The notes beneath the pieces are model-generated. The model saw nothing but the letters and a program-made list of their open reading frames with translations, searched no databases and was not told the origin of the DNA. Both the position numbers and the translations under genes were made by a program. A stretch of DNA of 54,126 nt from an uncultured Elusimicrobiales bacterium (GTDB taxonomy: Bacteria > Elusimicrobiota > Endomicrobiia > Endomicrobiales > CAIRNS01), in assembly GCA_964577205.1 (NCBI GenBank), contig CAZNYG010000003.1:1-54126 (forward strand). Reading direction: 5' to 3'. Of the stretch, positions 36,515-46,415 are shown in pieces (the first letter of the stretch is position 1; every line of letters begins with the position of its first letter).

Positions 36515-39310
36515 TCACCTGATGACCGCGATCTTCCCGGTCTTCTTTCTTCCGGCGCCATCCGTGATGTGATACAGATACACGCCGCTGGCCGCCCTTT
36601 TCCCGGCATCGTTGGCCGCGGGCCACACGATGAGGCCGTCCCCGTCATCATCGGTTCCCTTCCATGCCAGTTCGCCCGCGACGGTATATATCTTCAGTTC
36701 CGCTCCCGGGGACAGACGGCTGAAGGACATTCCTGCGGCCCGGTCATAATACCCGCCCGAACGCGGCCTGTACGGATTCGGGTAAACAACTACCCTGCCG
36801 AGATCGCTGTTTTCGGCCGCTTCGCCGTGAGTGCCGAAACGCTGAATGCTGTAATTCACGAAATCGCTGGTCGCCGCCATCGTAAAGGGATCCAGCGTCA
36901 TAGAACCGACAAGCGACCCGCCGGCGCCGTAAAAACGAACGATGCGCGCGTTCGCGGAAGGATTGAAACAGACGCAGGTGCGGATCCCGTACTTCAAGAA
37001 TACCGCGTAAGAGCTGCAATCGGCGCGCACGCTCGTATCGACCGTGCCAATACGGTTGAAAACGTGTATCCAGTGATACAGAAAGCTCTGAGAGCTGCCT
37101 TCGTCGTGGACGACCGATCCGGAATACTTCGCCAGCGCCCTGGCCGGATTGTACAGCGCCTGATAACGCCAGATTAGAGGGATCCAGCCCGGCGCGTTCT
37201 CTTCCTGGGATCCGTTCTCGCTGATCATCGTTTCGTAATCGTGTCTCACGTACGCGGGGTTATCTCCGAGGTAGAGCATCGAAGGATTGAGCGGGATATA
37301 CTGAATGCCGTGCAGCCACTCGACTTCGGTCGGCGGCATGCTTCCCATATCCCACCATACTTCACTGGTTATTTTTCCGCCGAAAAGCACGCCGACGGCG
37401 TTGTGCGCGTATCCGCTCCCGTACGTACTGAGAGAAGCGTCCGCGTGGTCACGGTTGAAATAGTATTCCCTGATCGCGCTCGCCTCGGTGACGTATCCCC
37501 AGATACCAAGGTCCCGCCAGGTATCGTTGCCCGAGGCAAGCCCCCACAGATAGACCGCGGCCCAGCTGTTCATCGCTTCGGACGATGATTCCTGGTCGTT
37601 ACCGTCCTCGCTGTCGGCGCTGAAGCCGCTGCACCATGAATGCCCTTCATAGGGATCGAACGTCCGCAGGAACGGGAACAGCGGATCGTTCCGGTAAGGC
37701 GAAGCATATGAACGGATAAGAAGCTCCACCATCGGCCCGTAACGGGTGACAAAGTCCCGGTCATGCAGCCCGAGCAGGGCGGCGGCGTAAACGAAATATC
37801 CCAGGTGAAAATGCTGATCGTTAAAGTTCTGGGAACCGTACTCGGTATCGAACCCTATCAGGCCGCCCCAGGCCGCGTCATAGTAGAAGAAACGGTTCGA
37901 TTCGCCCGGCGTATAGGTGAACCAGTCTTCAAGATCGCCCCGCACAAGATGTTTCAGCGAATTAAAGGCCGCTGTATCGCCGGCCTGCGACGCGATAGGA
38001 ACAAGGTTCGCCATTTTCGAAAGTTCCTTGCCGTGCGAGTATGTGGCGGCGGACAGGAATGCCTGGTTCCTGTCGGCATTCAGAAGAGATTTCAGTGTGC
38101 CCGCGTCATAGCTGCCTCTCCCCGGCAGGCAGGGAAGAATGCCGTTGAAAGGAAGGGTTACCGTGAAAGCGTTGCCTTCGACAAGTTTCATCGTCCCGCG
38201 AAGGGTCGAAAATGTCCGTGGAAGAAAGGAAAGGCCGGCCGCGTTCTTCCACTGATGCGGGAAAAGGGCAAGGACCGGTTTATCCGAGACAGCGTCATCG
38301 CGCATTTTTGCGGTATCTGCTGTAAAATGCGTGGTCACGGCCGCCGCGGCCTCATCGACCGCCCAGCTAACACGCGTCCCGGTGATGAACGCGTAAGCGT
38401 TCCGGTAATGATCATCCAGCGAATCCTGCGTCCCGATCGGCGCGATGGAAAGATACCGTTTGCCGGCTGGAAGCGTCATATTGACGACATAGCCGGGATA
38501 TGCGGCGTTCATTCTGAAAACCGTCCCCGGAGGAGCGTAGATCCCGTACCAGGTAACAGCCCCGCCATGGGATGGGCCCAGGGCCGCCTTCAGCGCGATA
38601 TGATCGCCCGTGTACCCGCCTGATCCTATGGTATTACCGTCCGGATCAAAGATCGACATCTGGCCCCACCCTGGATCCCAGCTGTAAGGGAAAACGATCT
38701 GAGGATCGACGCTCTCCGAGAACGTGAAATACGTATAGAACAGCCCGTGGCCGAACAGCGCTGAAAAATACTGCGCGGGCGCGCTGCCCGATCTCCATGT
38801 AGCGGTGACCGTCCAGTCGCTGTAACCGTCGCACCGCGCGTCCGCAGCCGTCAAAGGCGAGGTCACAGGGCCGCCGTTGTTCCCCTGGATCAGCAGCTGC
38901 TGGCGGAAAGGAGGGGCGTCTTCGTAGCCGTTATATATGACATGAGAAGAAGGATATGCGGGCTGGGGCACCCCCATTATAAGGCCGTTTATGTCGCACC
39001 GGTAACTGAGAGGAAAGGCGAACATCCTGCGCGACCCGGTGTGCGACGGCTCAACGGCGCAGGTACTGATGAGCGAGGTCCACCAGTCGTTCGTGGGGAT
39101 CGGCGCCTGTACCGCCGATGTCCTGTGCAGAGGTTTTGCCGCAGGGCCGGTTTTTCCCGGAGGAAGCGAATCGGTATAACTCCCGCCGCCCGCGGGGACC
39201 GTTGCCCCGTGAACGGGGCCGGCGATTGCCGTAACTGCGATAAGAATAACGGCTGCCGGTATAAAAAATTTCATCGTGCGTTTTCGCGCGCGGGGGATTC
39301 TGGATGACAT
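36515..39310 (-). CDS. Secreted glycoside hydrolase family 81 (endo-beta-1,3-glucanase) with C-terminal T9SS/FlgD-Ig-like sorting domain
   Basis: GH81 signatures PTNDWWTSLI, FNDQHFHLGYFVYAAALL and DGNDQESSSEAMNSWAAVYLWG. Tail is VVVYPNPYRP...ELKIYTVAGELAW...GVYLYHI...GKIAVIR. Signal peptide MKFFIPAAVILIAVTAIAGPVHG. Candidate starts are 39310 (possibly leaderless) or 39274; the ORF-track start 39346 would overlap the promoter. Confidence 0.8.
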   Translation of the reverse strand: MSSRIPRARKRTMKFFIPAAVILIAVTAIAGPVHGATVPAGGGSYTDSLPPGKTGPAAKPLHRTSAVQAPIPTNDWWTSLISTCAVEPSHTGSRRMFAFPLSYRCDINGLIMGVPQPAYPSSHVIYNGYEDAPPFRQQLLIQGNNGGPVTSPLTAADARCDGYSDWTVTATWRSGSAPAQYFSALFGHGLFYTYFTFSESVDPQIVFPYSWDPGWGQMSIFDPDGNTIGSGGYTGDHIALKAALGPSHGGAVTWYGIYAPPGTVFRMNAAYPGYVVNMTLPAGKRYLSIAPIGTQDSLDDHYRNAYAFITGTRVSWAVDEAAAAVTTHFTADTAKMRDDAVSDKPVLALFPHQWKNAAGLSFLPRTFSTLRGTMKLVEGNAFTVTLPFNGILPCLPGRGSYDAGTLKSLLNADRNQAFLSAATYSHGKELSKMANLVPIASQAGDTAAFNSLKHLVRGDLEDWFTYTPGESNRFFYYDAAWGGLIGFDTEYGSQNFNDQHFHLGYFVYAAALLGLHDRDFVTRYGPMVELLIRSYASPYRNDPLFPFLRTFDPYEGHSWCSGFSADSEDGNDQESSSEAMNSWAAVYLWGLASGNDTWRDLGIWGYVTEASAIREYYFNRDHADASLSTYGSGYAHNAVGVLFGGKITSEVWWDMGSMPPTEVEWLHGIQYIPLNPSMLYLGDNPAYVRHDYETMISENGSQEENAPGWIPLIWRYQALYNPARALAKYSGSVVHDEGSSQSFLYHWIHVFNRIGTVDTSVRADCSSYAVFLKYGIRTCVCFNPSANARIVRFYGAGGSLVGSMTLDPFTMAATSDFVNYSIQRFGTHGEAAENSDLGRVVVYPNPYRPRSGGYYDRAAGMSFSRLSPGAELKIYTVAGELAWKGTDDDGDGLIVWPAANDAGKRAASGVYLYHITDGAGRKKTGKIAVIR

Positions 39311-39316
39311 GGAATG

Positions 39317-39346
39317 ATGATACCGTTTTTGCCTCCGTTCTGTCAA
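39317..39346 (-). promoter_or_regulatory. Candidate sigma-70 promoter of the GH81 gene
   Basis: Minus strand TTGACA-18 nt-TATCAT, directly downstream of the strong terminator. The ATG at 39310 lies 7 nt after the -10 element. Confidence 0.4.
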
Positions 39347-39349
39347 ATT

Positions 39350-39381
39350 GAAAAAAGGACAGGATCATTGATCCTGTCCTT
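39350..39381 (-). terminator. Rho-independent terminator after the PEP-CTERM gene
   Basis: Perfect 11-bp stem AGGACAGGATC-att-GATCCTGTCCT, followed on the minus strand by TTTTTTCAATTT. Confidence 0.8.
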
Positions 39382-39414
39382 TCATCTTAAACAACGCACA
39401 CTGACCGCGAAAAG

Positions 39415-40029
39415 CTATTTTCTAACTTTTCTCCCGGCATACCTGACCAAACCGAGCAATCCGCTGCCTATCAGCATAAGGCTCCCCGGTTCCGGCACAG
39501 GTGAGGAGCTCCCCGGTTCCGGCTCGGGCGAGGAATAATTCCCTTTTAACACCGAATCTTTCAGAAAAATGCCGTCAGGAACAAGCGCCTGCGTATCCCA
39601 AACAGCAACCTCCAGCTTCCAGTTGTTATTGTTTGAAATGCTGTTTAAGACATCTCCCTCTATAGCGAAGACATCGGTTTCCCAGCCTTCTAACAGTGGA
39701 CTGGCGCTCAGCTTGCCGATCTGGTAGCACTGATTGCCTCCAACCAGCCACAATTCACGATTCAGCCGACTGGACGCATTCCCGCTGTGCGTAATGCTCA
39801 ATGTCACATTGCTCAGTGTCGATCCGTTGGGGATCCCGCCAAGCACATGATCGTAAGTATACGCGTTGGCAAAACTGTTGTGTGTGCCGGTAAGATCCCA
39901 TGCCATTACGGGGATCAGGCCTTCAAGGCCCTTTTCATCATAGAAATCACACACCAGGGCATGGGCGCTCAAAGCTCCGCTCAGCATAACACCACACAAA
40001 GCAATCGTAAGAATAATGCTTTTTTTCAT
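39415..40029 (-). CDS. Secreted PEP-CTERM sorting-domain protein (hypothetical)
   Basis: C-terminus VPEPGSLMLIGSGLLGLVRYAGRKVRK, i.e. PEP motif + TM + basic tail. Signal peptide MKKSIILTIALCGVMLSGALSAHA. I place the start at 40029 (SD GAGGAG 9 nt upstream). Visibly more AT-rich than its neighbours. Confidence 0.8.
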   Translation of the reverse strand: MKKSIILTIALCGVMLSGALSAHALVCDFYDEKGLEGLIPVMAWDLTGTHNSFANAYTYDHVLGGIPNGSTLSNVTLSITHSGNASSRLNRELWLVGGNQCYQIGKLSASPLLEGWETDVFAIEGDVLNSISNNNNWKLEVAVWDTQALVPDGIFLKDSVLKGNYSSPEPEPGSSSPVPEPGSLMLIGSGLLGLVRYAGRKVRK

Positions 40030-40096
40030 AATATTCATCTCCTCTGTCTTGAAGTAACAAAACAACTCAGGTTTGAACCTTCCCCCGGACAAGTTC

Positions 40097-40125
40097 ATCC
40101 TATTAAAAGAAAAAACAGGCGTCAA
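40097..40125 (-). promoter_or_regulatory. Candidate sigma-70 promoter of the PEP-CTERM gene
   Basis: Minus strand TTGACG-17 nt-TAGGAT, about 65 nt upstream of the ATG. Confidence 0.3.
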
Positions 40126-40202
40126 GTCCCTTTTTTGTCACTATTGAGACTCTCTGCCCTGTTCGATCCCGCCGCCTTGATACCCGCGGCGGTCAATGGC
40201 CG

Positions 40203-40227
40203 TACAAACGCGCCTGAAGCCAGGCGC
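40203..40227 (-). terminator. Candidate terminator of the atp operon
   Basis: Minus strand GCGCCTG-gctt-CAGGCGC immediately after the atpC TGA, followed by GTTTGTA (short T tract). Confidence 0.45.
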
Positions 40228-40658
40228 TCATCTGCCCGATATTCCGCCTTTTTTCCTTATCCTCTCCGCGATCTTGAGTTCCAATATGTATTTCTTGAGG
40301 TCCTTTTCGGCCATTTGGATATCCAGATCGCCTTTCTTTCTCTTGAGAGCTTCCTGAGCGGTTTTCACGGCTTCTTCCGCCCTGGTTCTCTCGATCTCGT
40401 CCGAGCGTATCGCGAAATCGGCGAGGACCGTCAATTTGTTCTCAGAGATATCGACGAATCCTCCGGTCACGGTGATCGAAGTCCTTTCGCCGCCTTGCGT
40501 TATCACGATCTCGCCTTCGGTCAATTTCGTGAAAAGCGGAGTATGATCGGGCAGCACAGTTATTTCCCCCCGGGCCCCGGGCAGCGTCACGCTCTCTGCT
40601 TCGTTCTTAAAAACGCTCCCTTCGGGAGAGATGATATCAAGCGCGATCGTTCTTGCCA

Positions 40659-40659
<1 letters not shown>
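40228..40659 (-). CDS. atpC: F1 ATP synthase epsilon subunit
   Basis: 143 aa. N-terminal beta-sandwich (L.IISPEG.VF......V.LPG..GE..VLP.H.P) plus a C-terminal helical hairpin. 1-nt overlap with atpD. Confidence 0.9.
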
Positions 40660-42098
<1,439 letters not shown>

Positions 42099-42111
42099 TC
42101 ATGTATTTGAT

Positions 42112-42972
42112 CTACGCATTTTGAGCGATGCGTCCGTTCGCCAGATCGAGTATTTCGTTTGTGATCCGTTCCTGCCGGGAACGGTTGTACGAACGCGTCA
42201 GGAATTCCGTTATGTCCATGGCGTTATCTTTCGCGCTCTGCATGGCGACCATGCGGGCCGCCTGCTCCGAAGTATATGCCTGTATCAGGCAGTTGTACAG
42301 TTTCGTCTCTACGTAATAGGGCAGCAGTTCGTTGAGTATTTCCGTAGTCCCCGGTTCAAAAATGTAATGGATGTCCTCACGCGAGCATTTCGGCACTGTC
42401 GCCACCGGGAGCAGGCGAAGGGACGCGGGAGCCTGGATCATCATCGATTTGAACGAGGTGAACAGGACGTCGACGGCATCAACCGCGCCCGACAGGTAAT
42501 GTTCCCGGGCTACTTTCAGGACCGGGTATATGGCGTTGTAACGGGGGAACGTCGTTCCCATGGCGAACGACGCGAGCAGCCGGTATTCATAGCGCACCGC
42601 GAACTTCTCGGCCTTTTTCCCTACGGCGACCACCGCCGTGGCTGCGCGATCGAATTTCGCGAGATCACGGAAAAGGTTCGAGGGCAGCCCGCCGCACAGG
42701 CCCTTGTCGGGAGCGGCCACGATCACGAGACGTTTACCCGCGCCTTCTCCCGGCGCGCGCAGACAGGGATGATGGTAATCGCTCAGATCGCAGTTCTCGA
42801 TGATCTTTTCGACGACCATGGTTATGCGTTCAGCGTACGGCCGGTTGTGTTCGACCGCCGACTGGGCCTTCTTTATCTTAGAGGCGGCGATCATCTCCAT
42901 TGCCTTGGCTATCTGGGCGATGTTCTGCGCGGTGCGTATGCGTTTTTTAAGCTGCTGAAGGTTTGCCGCCAT
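42112..42972 (-). CDS. atpG: F1 ATP synthase gamma subunit
   Basis: 286 aa. MAANLQQLKKRI....NI.QI.KAMEMIAASK N-terminus and C-terminal ITNEILD. Confidence 0.9.
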   Translation of the reverse strand: MAANLQQLKKRIRTAQNIAQIAKAMEMIAASKIKKAQSAVEHNRPYAERITMVVEKIIENCDLSDYHHPCLRAPGEGAGKRLVIVAAPDKGLCGGLPSNLFRDLAKFDRAATAVVAVGKKAEKFAVRYEYRLLASFAMGTTFPRYNAIYPVLKVAREHYLSGAVDAVDVLFTSFKSMMIQAPASLRLLPVATVPKCSREDIHYIFEPGTTEILNELLPYYVETKLYNCLIQAYTSEQAARMVAMQSAKDNAMDITEFLTRSYNRSRQERITNEILDLANGRIAQNA

Positions 42973-42986
42973 TCGATGTCCCTTTG

Positions 42987-44507
42987 CTATGCCGCGATCG
43001 TCTTCCTGAACTCTTCCATGGCCGCCTTGAGGGCGTTCAGCATGGTTTCGTCCATTTTCGCGCCCGTGTTCAGCTTTTCCACCAGGTCTTTTCTGTGAGT
43101 CCGGATATGGTCGATCAACAGAGCCTCCGTCTCCCGTACCTTATCGGGCTGGATCGTGTCGAAATACCCGTTCGTGGCCGCGAATATGCCGATGATCTCT
43201 GACACCTCGTCGTACGGCTTGTACTGCGGCTGTTTCAATACTTCCATGAGCCTGCGCCCGCGTTCGATCCTGCGCAGCGTCGCCTCGTCCAGGTCGCTGC
43301 CGAACTGCGCGAAAGCCTGCAGCTCTCGGAACTGCGCGAGTTCGATGCGCAGCGGGCCCGATATCTGTTTCATCGATTTAGACTGGGCCGCGCCGCCGAC
43401 ACGGGATACTGACAGGCCCGCGTTGATGGCCGGACGTATGCCGGAGTTGAAAAGATCCGCTTCGAGGTAGATCTGCCCGTCGGTTATCGAGATGACGTTT
43501 GTCGGGATGTAGGCCGATACGTCGTTGGCGAGCGTTTCGATGATCGGCAGAGCGGTCAGCGTGCCGCCGCCGCGCTCGTCGGACATGCGCGAGGCGCGTT
43601 CAAGCAGGCGCGAGTGAAGGTAGAAAATGTCTCCGGGGTACGCTTCACGGCCCGCCGGACGGCGGATCAGGAGCGAAAGCTGGCGGTATGCCCACGCGTG
43701 TTTCGAAAGGTCGTCGTACACGACCAGGACGTCTTCGCCCCTGTCCATGAAATACTCGCCGATGGCGCAGGCGGTGAAAGGCGCGATATACTGGAGAGCG
43801 ACCGAGTCTGAAGCGCTGGCGCACACGACGATCGTGTAGGCCATCGCTCCTTCCTCTTCAAGTTTGGCCACCAGGCGCGCGATATTGCCGCGTTTCTGGC
43901 CGATGGCGCAATAAACACAGATGACCCGTTTGAGGCCAAGGTCGCATTTTTTCTGGTTTATGATGGTATCGACCGCGATTGCCGTCTTGCCGGTATTGCG
44001 GTCGCCGATTATGAGCTCTCGCTGGCCGCGCCCGATAGGCGTCATCGCATCGATGCCCTTGATGCCCGTCTTTATGGGCCGGTCGACTGGACGGCGGTCT
44101 ATGATGCCCGGAGCGATCTTTTCAAGAGGATACAGTTCCCCACCGGTGTTCTTCAGCTCCTTGACGTCCTGGGGACGGCCGAGGGGATCGCTGACCCTGC
44201 CGATCAGAGCGCTTGAAGCTTCGATACCCAGTACCCGGCCGGTCGTCTTCACCGTCATGCCGGTACGGATATCCTCGGTATGGGAAAGCAGGATGATGGA
44301 CACGTAGTCTTCATCCAGATTCAGGATAAGGCCGCGCGTGCCCTCCTCAAATTCAACTTCTTCGCCGAACCCGGCGCGGGAGAGGCCCGTCGCGCGGATG
44401 ATGTCGTCGCCAACCGTGTCGACTACGCCCTGGTTGATGTGTTCGGGCCTTAATTCTACGGTAAAAAGCCTTTGTTCGATGTTTTTCAGGAATTCTTCGG
44501 GTTTCAT
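42987..44507 (-). CDS. atpA: F1 ATP synthase alpha subunit
   Basis: 506 aa. P-loop GDRNTGKTAIA plus PAGREAYPGD and ALPIIET blocks. Confidence 0.97.
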   Translation of the reverse strand: MKPEEFLKNIEQRLFTVELRPEHINQGVVDTVGDDIIRATGLSRAGFGEEVEFEEGTRGLILNLDEDYVSIILLSHTEDIRTGMTVKTTGRVLGIEASSALIGRVSDPLGRPQDVKELKNTGGELYPLEKIAPGIIDRRPVDRPIKTGIKGIDAMTPIGRGQRELIIGDRNTGKTAIAVDTIINQKKCDLGLKRVICVYCAIGQKRGNIARLVAKLEEEGAMAYTIVVCASASDSVALQYIAPFTACAIGEYFMDRGEDVLVVYDDLSKHAWAYRQLSLLIRRPAGREAYPGDIFYLHSRLLERASRMSDERGGGTLTALPIIETLANDVSAYIPTNVISITDGQIYLEADLFNSGIRPAINAGLSVSRVGGAAQSKSMKQISGPLRIELAQFRELQAFAQFGSDLDEATLRRIERGRRLMEVLKQPQYKPYDEVSEIIGIFAATNGYFDTIQPDKVRETEALLIDHIRTHRKDLVEKLNTGAKMDETMLNALKAAMEEFRKTIAA

Positions 44508-44869
44508 AGACGCTCTTTTATCTGTTGATAGGTCCGCTCCAGCGACCCTTTGACTGTTATGTCCGTGATGTCGTCGCCATGCTCGACGCGTATACCTCCG
44601 CCCAGCGACGGATCGACGGCATACACGGCATCCAGTCCGGCGTACACACTTCCGATCCGCGCCCGAAGGGAATCTCCCGCGGGTTCTGCGGTCGTTACCG
44701 TGACACGGTTAAGTTTGACCTCAAGGCGCAGGAAAAGCAGCAGCCGCCTCAGGTCGGCGCGCGGCAACCGCTCGATGACGCCATGAGCTTCGGCGTCGGC
44801 GATCCCGCGGTTTTTGACGATGGCGCGCGCCAGTTCTTTAAGCGTTGCCGTGCTGGCCATGTGAAGCAC
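44504..44869 (-). CDS. atpH: F1 ATP synthase delta (OSCP) subunit, unusually short
   Basis: 121 aa, in the canonical atpF-atpH-atpA position. The C-terminal half matches the delta C-domain (V.VTTAEP......I......G..AVYAVDPSLGGGIRVEHGD...D.TV...L). Only about 45 residues precede it. Confidence 0.6.
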   Translation of the reverse strand: MLHMASTATLKELARAIVKNRGIADAEAHGVIERLPRADLRRLLLFLRLEVKLNRVTVTTAEPAGDSLRARIGSVYAGLDAVYAVDPSLGGGIRVEHGDDITDITVKGSLERTYQQIKERL

Positions 44870-45365
44870 CCTTTTCCATTTCTCCGGCGGCGCGTTCCAG
44901 GATCCGGCCTTTTTCTTCGGCGGTGAACAGCGTCGGCATCATTTCAAGGAGCACCTTGCGCGACAGGTCGAGGGACATGACCTGCACCTGCTTTTCCATC
45001 CTGTCCATCTCCGCCGCCGCGAGGGCCTTCGCCTGCTCCATGATGCGTTCCGACTCCGCCTTGGAATCGACGATGATCTTCTGCCTGATCTCTTCGGCCG
45101 TGCCGCGGGCCCCTTCGATGATCGACTGCGCTTCCGTCCTTGCCGCTAACAGCACTGCTTTCCTGTTCCTGTCCGTTTCCTCAAGGGACAGCTTCGCCTG
45201 GTCGGCGTCGCTCAGGCCCTTCCGGATGCGCTCGCGCCGCTCTTCGAGGGCGCGCCGCAGCGGTTTGTACAGGAATGCCCTGATCAGGAACGCCAGGATC
45301 AGGAAATTGATGACTTGCGCGACGAACAACTTAGTTTCAATGCCGAAACTTTGCAGGATTTCCAT
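44838..45365 (-). CDS. atpF: Fo ATP synthase b subunit
   Basis: 175 aa. One N-terminal TM (LFVAQVINFLILAFLI) followed by a long charged coiled-coil. Confidence 0.8.
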   Translation of the reverse strand: MEILQSFGIETKLFVAQVINFLILAFLIRAFLYKPLRRALEERRERIRKGLSDADQAKLSLEETDRNRKAVLLAARTEAQSIIEGARGTAEEIRQKIIVDSKAESERIMEQAKALAAAEMDRMEKQVQVMSLDLSRKVLLEMMPTLFTAEEKGRILERAAGEMEKGASHGQHGNA

Positions 45366-45369
45366 AGGA

Positions 45370-45576
45370 TTATTTCATAAATGCGAGAATGAGCGAATAA
45401 ATAGCGATCGCTTCCGCGAACGCCATTCCGAGAAGCATCGCGGGAAGGACTTTGCCGCTGGCTTCCGGATTGCGTCCGATAGCGTCCATTGCCTTAAAGC
45501 CGATGAGGCCGATCGCGATCGCGGGGCCGAGCCCGCCGATGGCGATGATGATGCCGCCTGCAAACGTAATGTTCAT
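45370..45576 (-). CDS. atpE: Fo ATP synthase c subunit
   Basis: 68 aa helical hairpin. Loop GRNPE and the ion-binding Glu in MAFAEAIAIY. Confidence 0.9.
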   Translation of the reverse strand: MNITFAGGIIIAIGGLGPAIAIGLIGFKAMDAIGRNPEASGKVLPAMLLGMAFAEAIAIYSLILAFMK

Positions 45577-45578
45577 GA

Positions 45579-46310
45579 TTAATGTTCACCTCCTCCGTGG
45601 GATGTTGTCATGATGCTCATAAAGACCATGGTCAGCATTGAGAAGACCAGGGCCTGTATCAAAGCGGTAATGGATTCAAGAACAAGGAACGGGACGGGAG
45701 CGATGAAGGCCACAAGCCCCGAAACGGTGGTCAGGACGACCTCACCCGCGAACATGTTGCCGAAAAGACGGAAGGAAAGAGAGATCAGCTTGGTCGCTTC
45801 GGAGACGAGTTCAAGAAGGCCGACGAAAAGAAGGACCGGGTTGATCGAGAAGAAACGCGCGAGATAGCCTTTTATGCCCGTGTACTTTACACTCAATATA
45901 TGTGTCACGACAACGGAAACGGCGGCCAGGGCAAGCGTCTGGTTCAGGTCGCTCGTCGCACCGCGGAACAGGGGGATATGATGGCCTCCGTGATGAGGTA
46001 TATATTGTATCGTTCCCACACCGGGAAGAAGGGACAGGACGTTCCCCACAAGTATGAACAGGAAGAAACTCGCGAACCAGGGAAAGATCGCCTCGGTGCG
46101 TTTTCCGGCGATCGGCTCGGCCATTTCGTGAAAATATTCGATCACGGACTCCATTGTGTTCTGCAGGCGTCCCGGCACCGGGGCAAGGGAGCGGTTCAAG
46201 GCAACGATCATCAGGATGATCACGCAGTCAACGGCCGCGGTAGCGATGAGGCTGTCGGTTATGGGAAAACCTGATACGGCCGAGAGAACTTCAGGCTTCA
46301 GCTCTATCAT
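45579..46310 (-). CDS. atpB: Fo ATP synthase a subunit
   Basis: 243 aa. Conserved LSFRLFGNMFAGE (essential Arg) near the C-terminus. Confidence 0.9.
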   Translation of the reverse strand: MIELKPEVLSAVSGFPITDSLIATAAVDCVIILMIVALNRSLAPVPGRLQNTMESVIEYFHEMAEPIAGKRTEAIFPWFASFFLFILVGNVLSLLPGVGTIQYIPHHGGHHIPLFRGATSDLNQTLALAAVSVVVTHILSVKYTGIKGYLARFFSINPVLLFVGLLELVSEATKLISLSFRLFGNMFAGEVVLTTVSGLVAFIAPVPFLVLESITALIQALVFSMLTMVFMSIMTTSHGGGEH

Positions 46311-46339
46311 CTGATCCTTTGTGTGCGGGTAATTACTAA

Positions 46340-46368
46340 ATTATAAAAGAATTTCTTATTTGTGTCAA
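46340..46368 (-). promoter_or_regulatory. Consensus sigma-70 promoter of the atp operon
   Basis: Minus strand TTGACA-17 nt-TATAAT, both hexamers perfect. About 30 nt upstream of the atpB ATG, with SD AAAGGA in between. Confidence 0.65.
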
Positions 46369-46415
46369 TGGTTTTTTAGGATTCTGGATATTGTTGGAAT
46401 TGTTAACAGCTCGTA

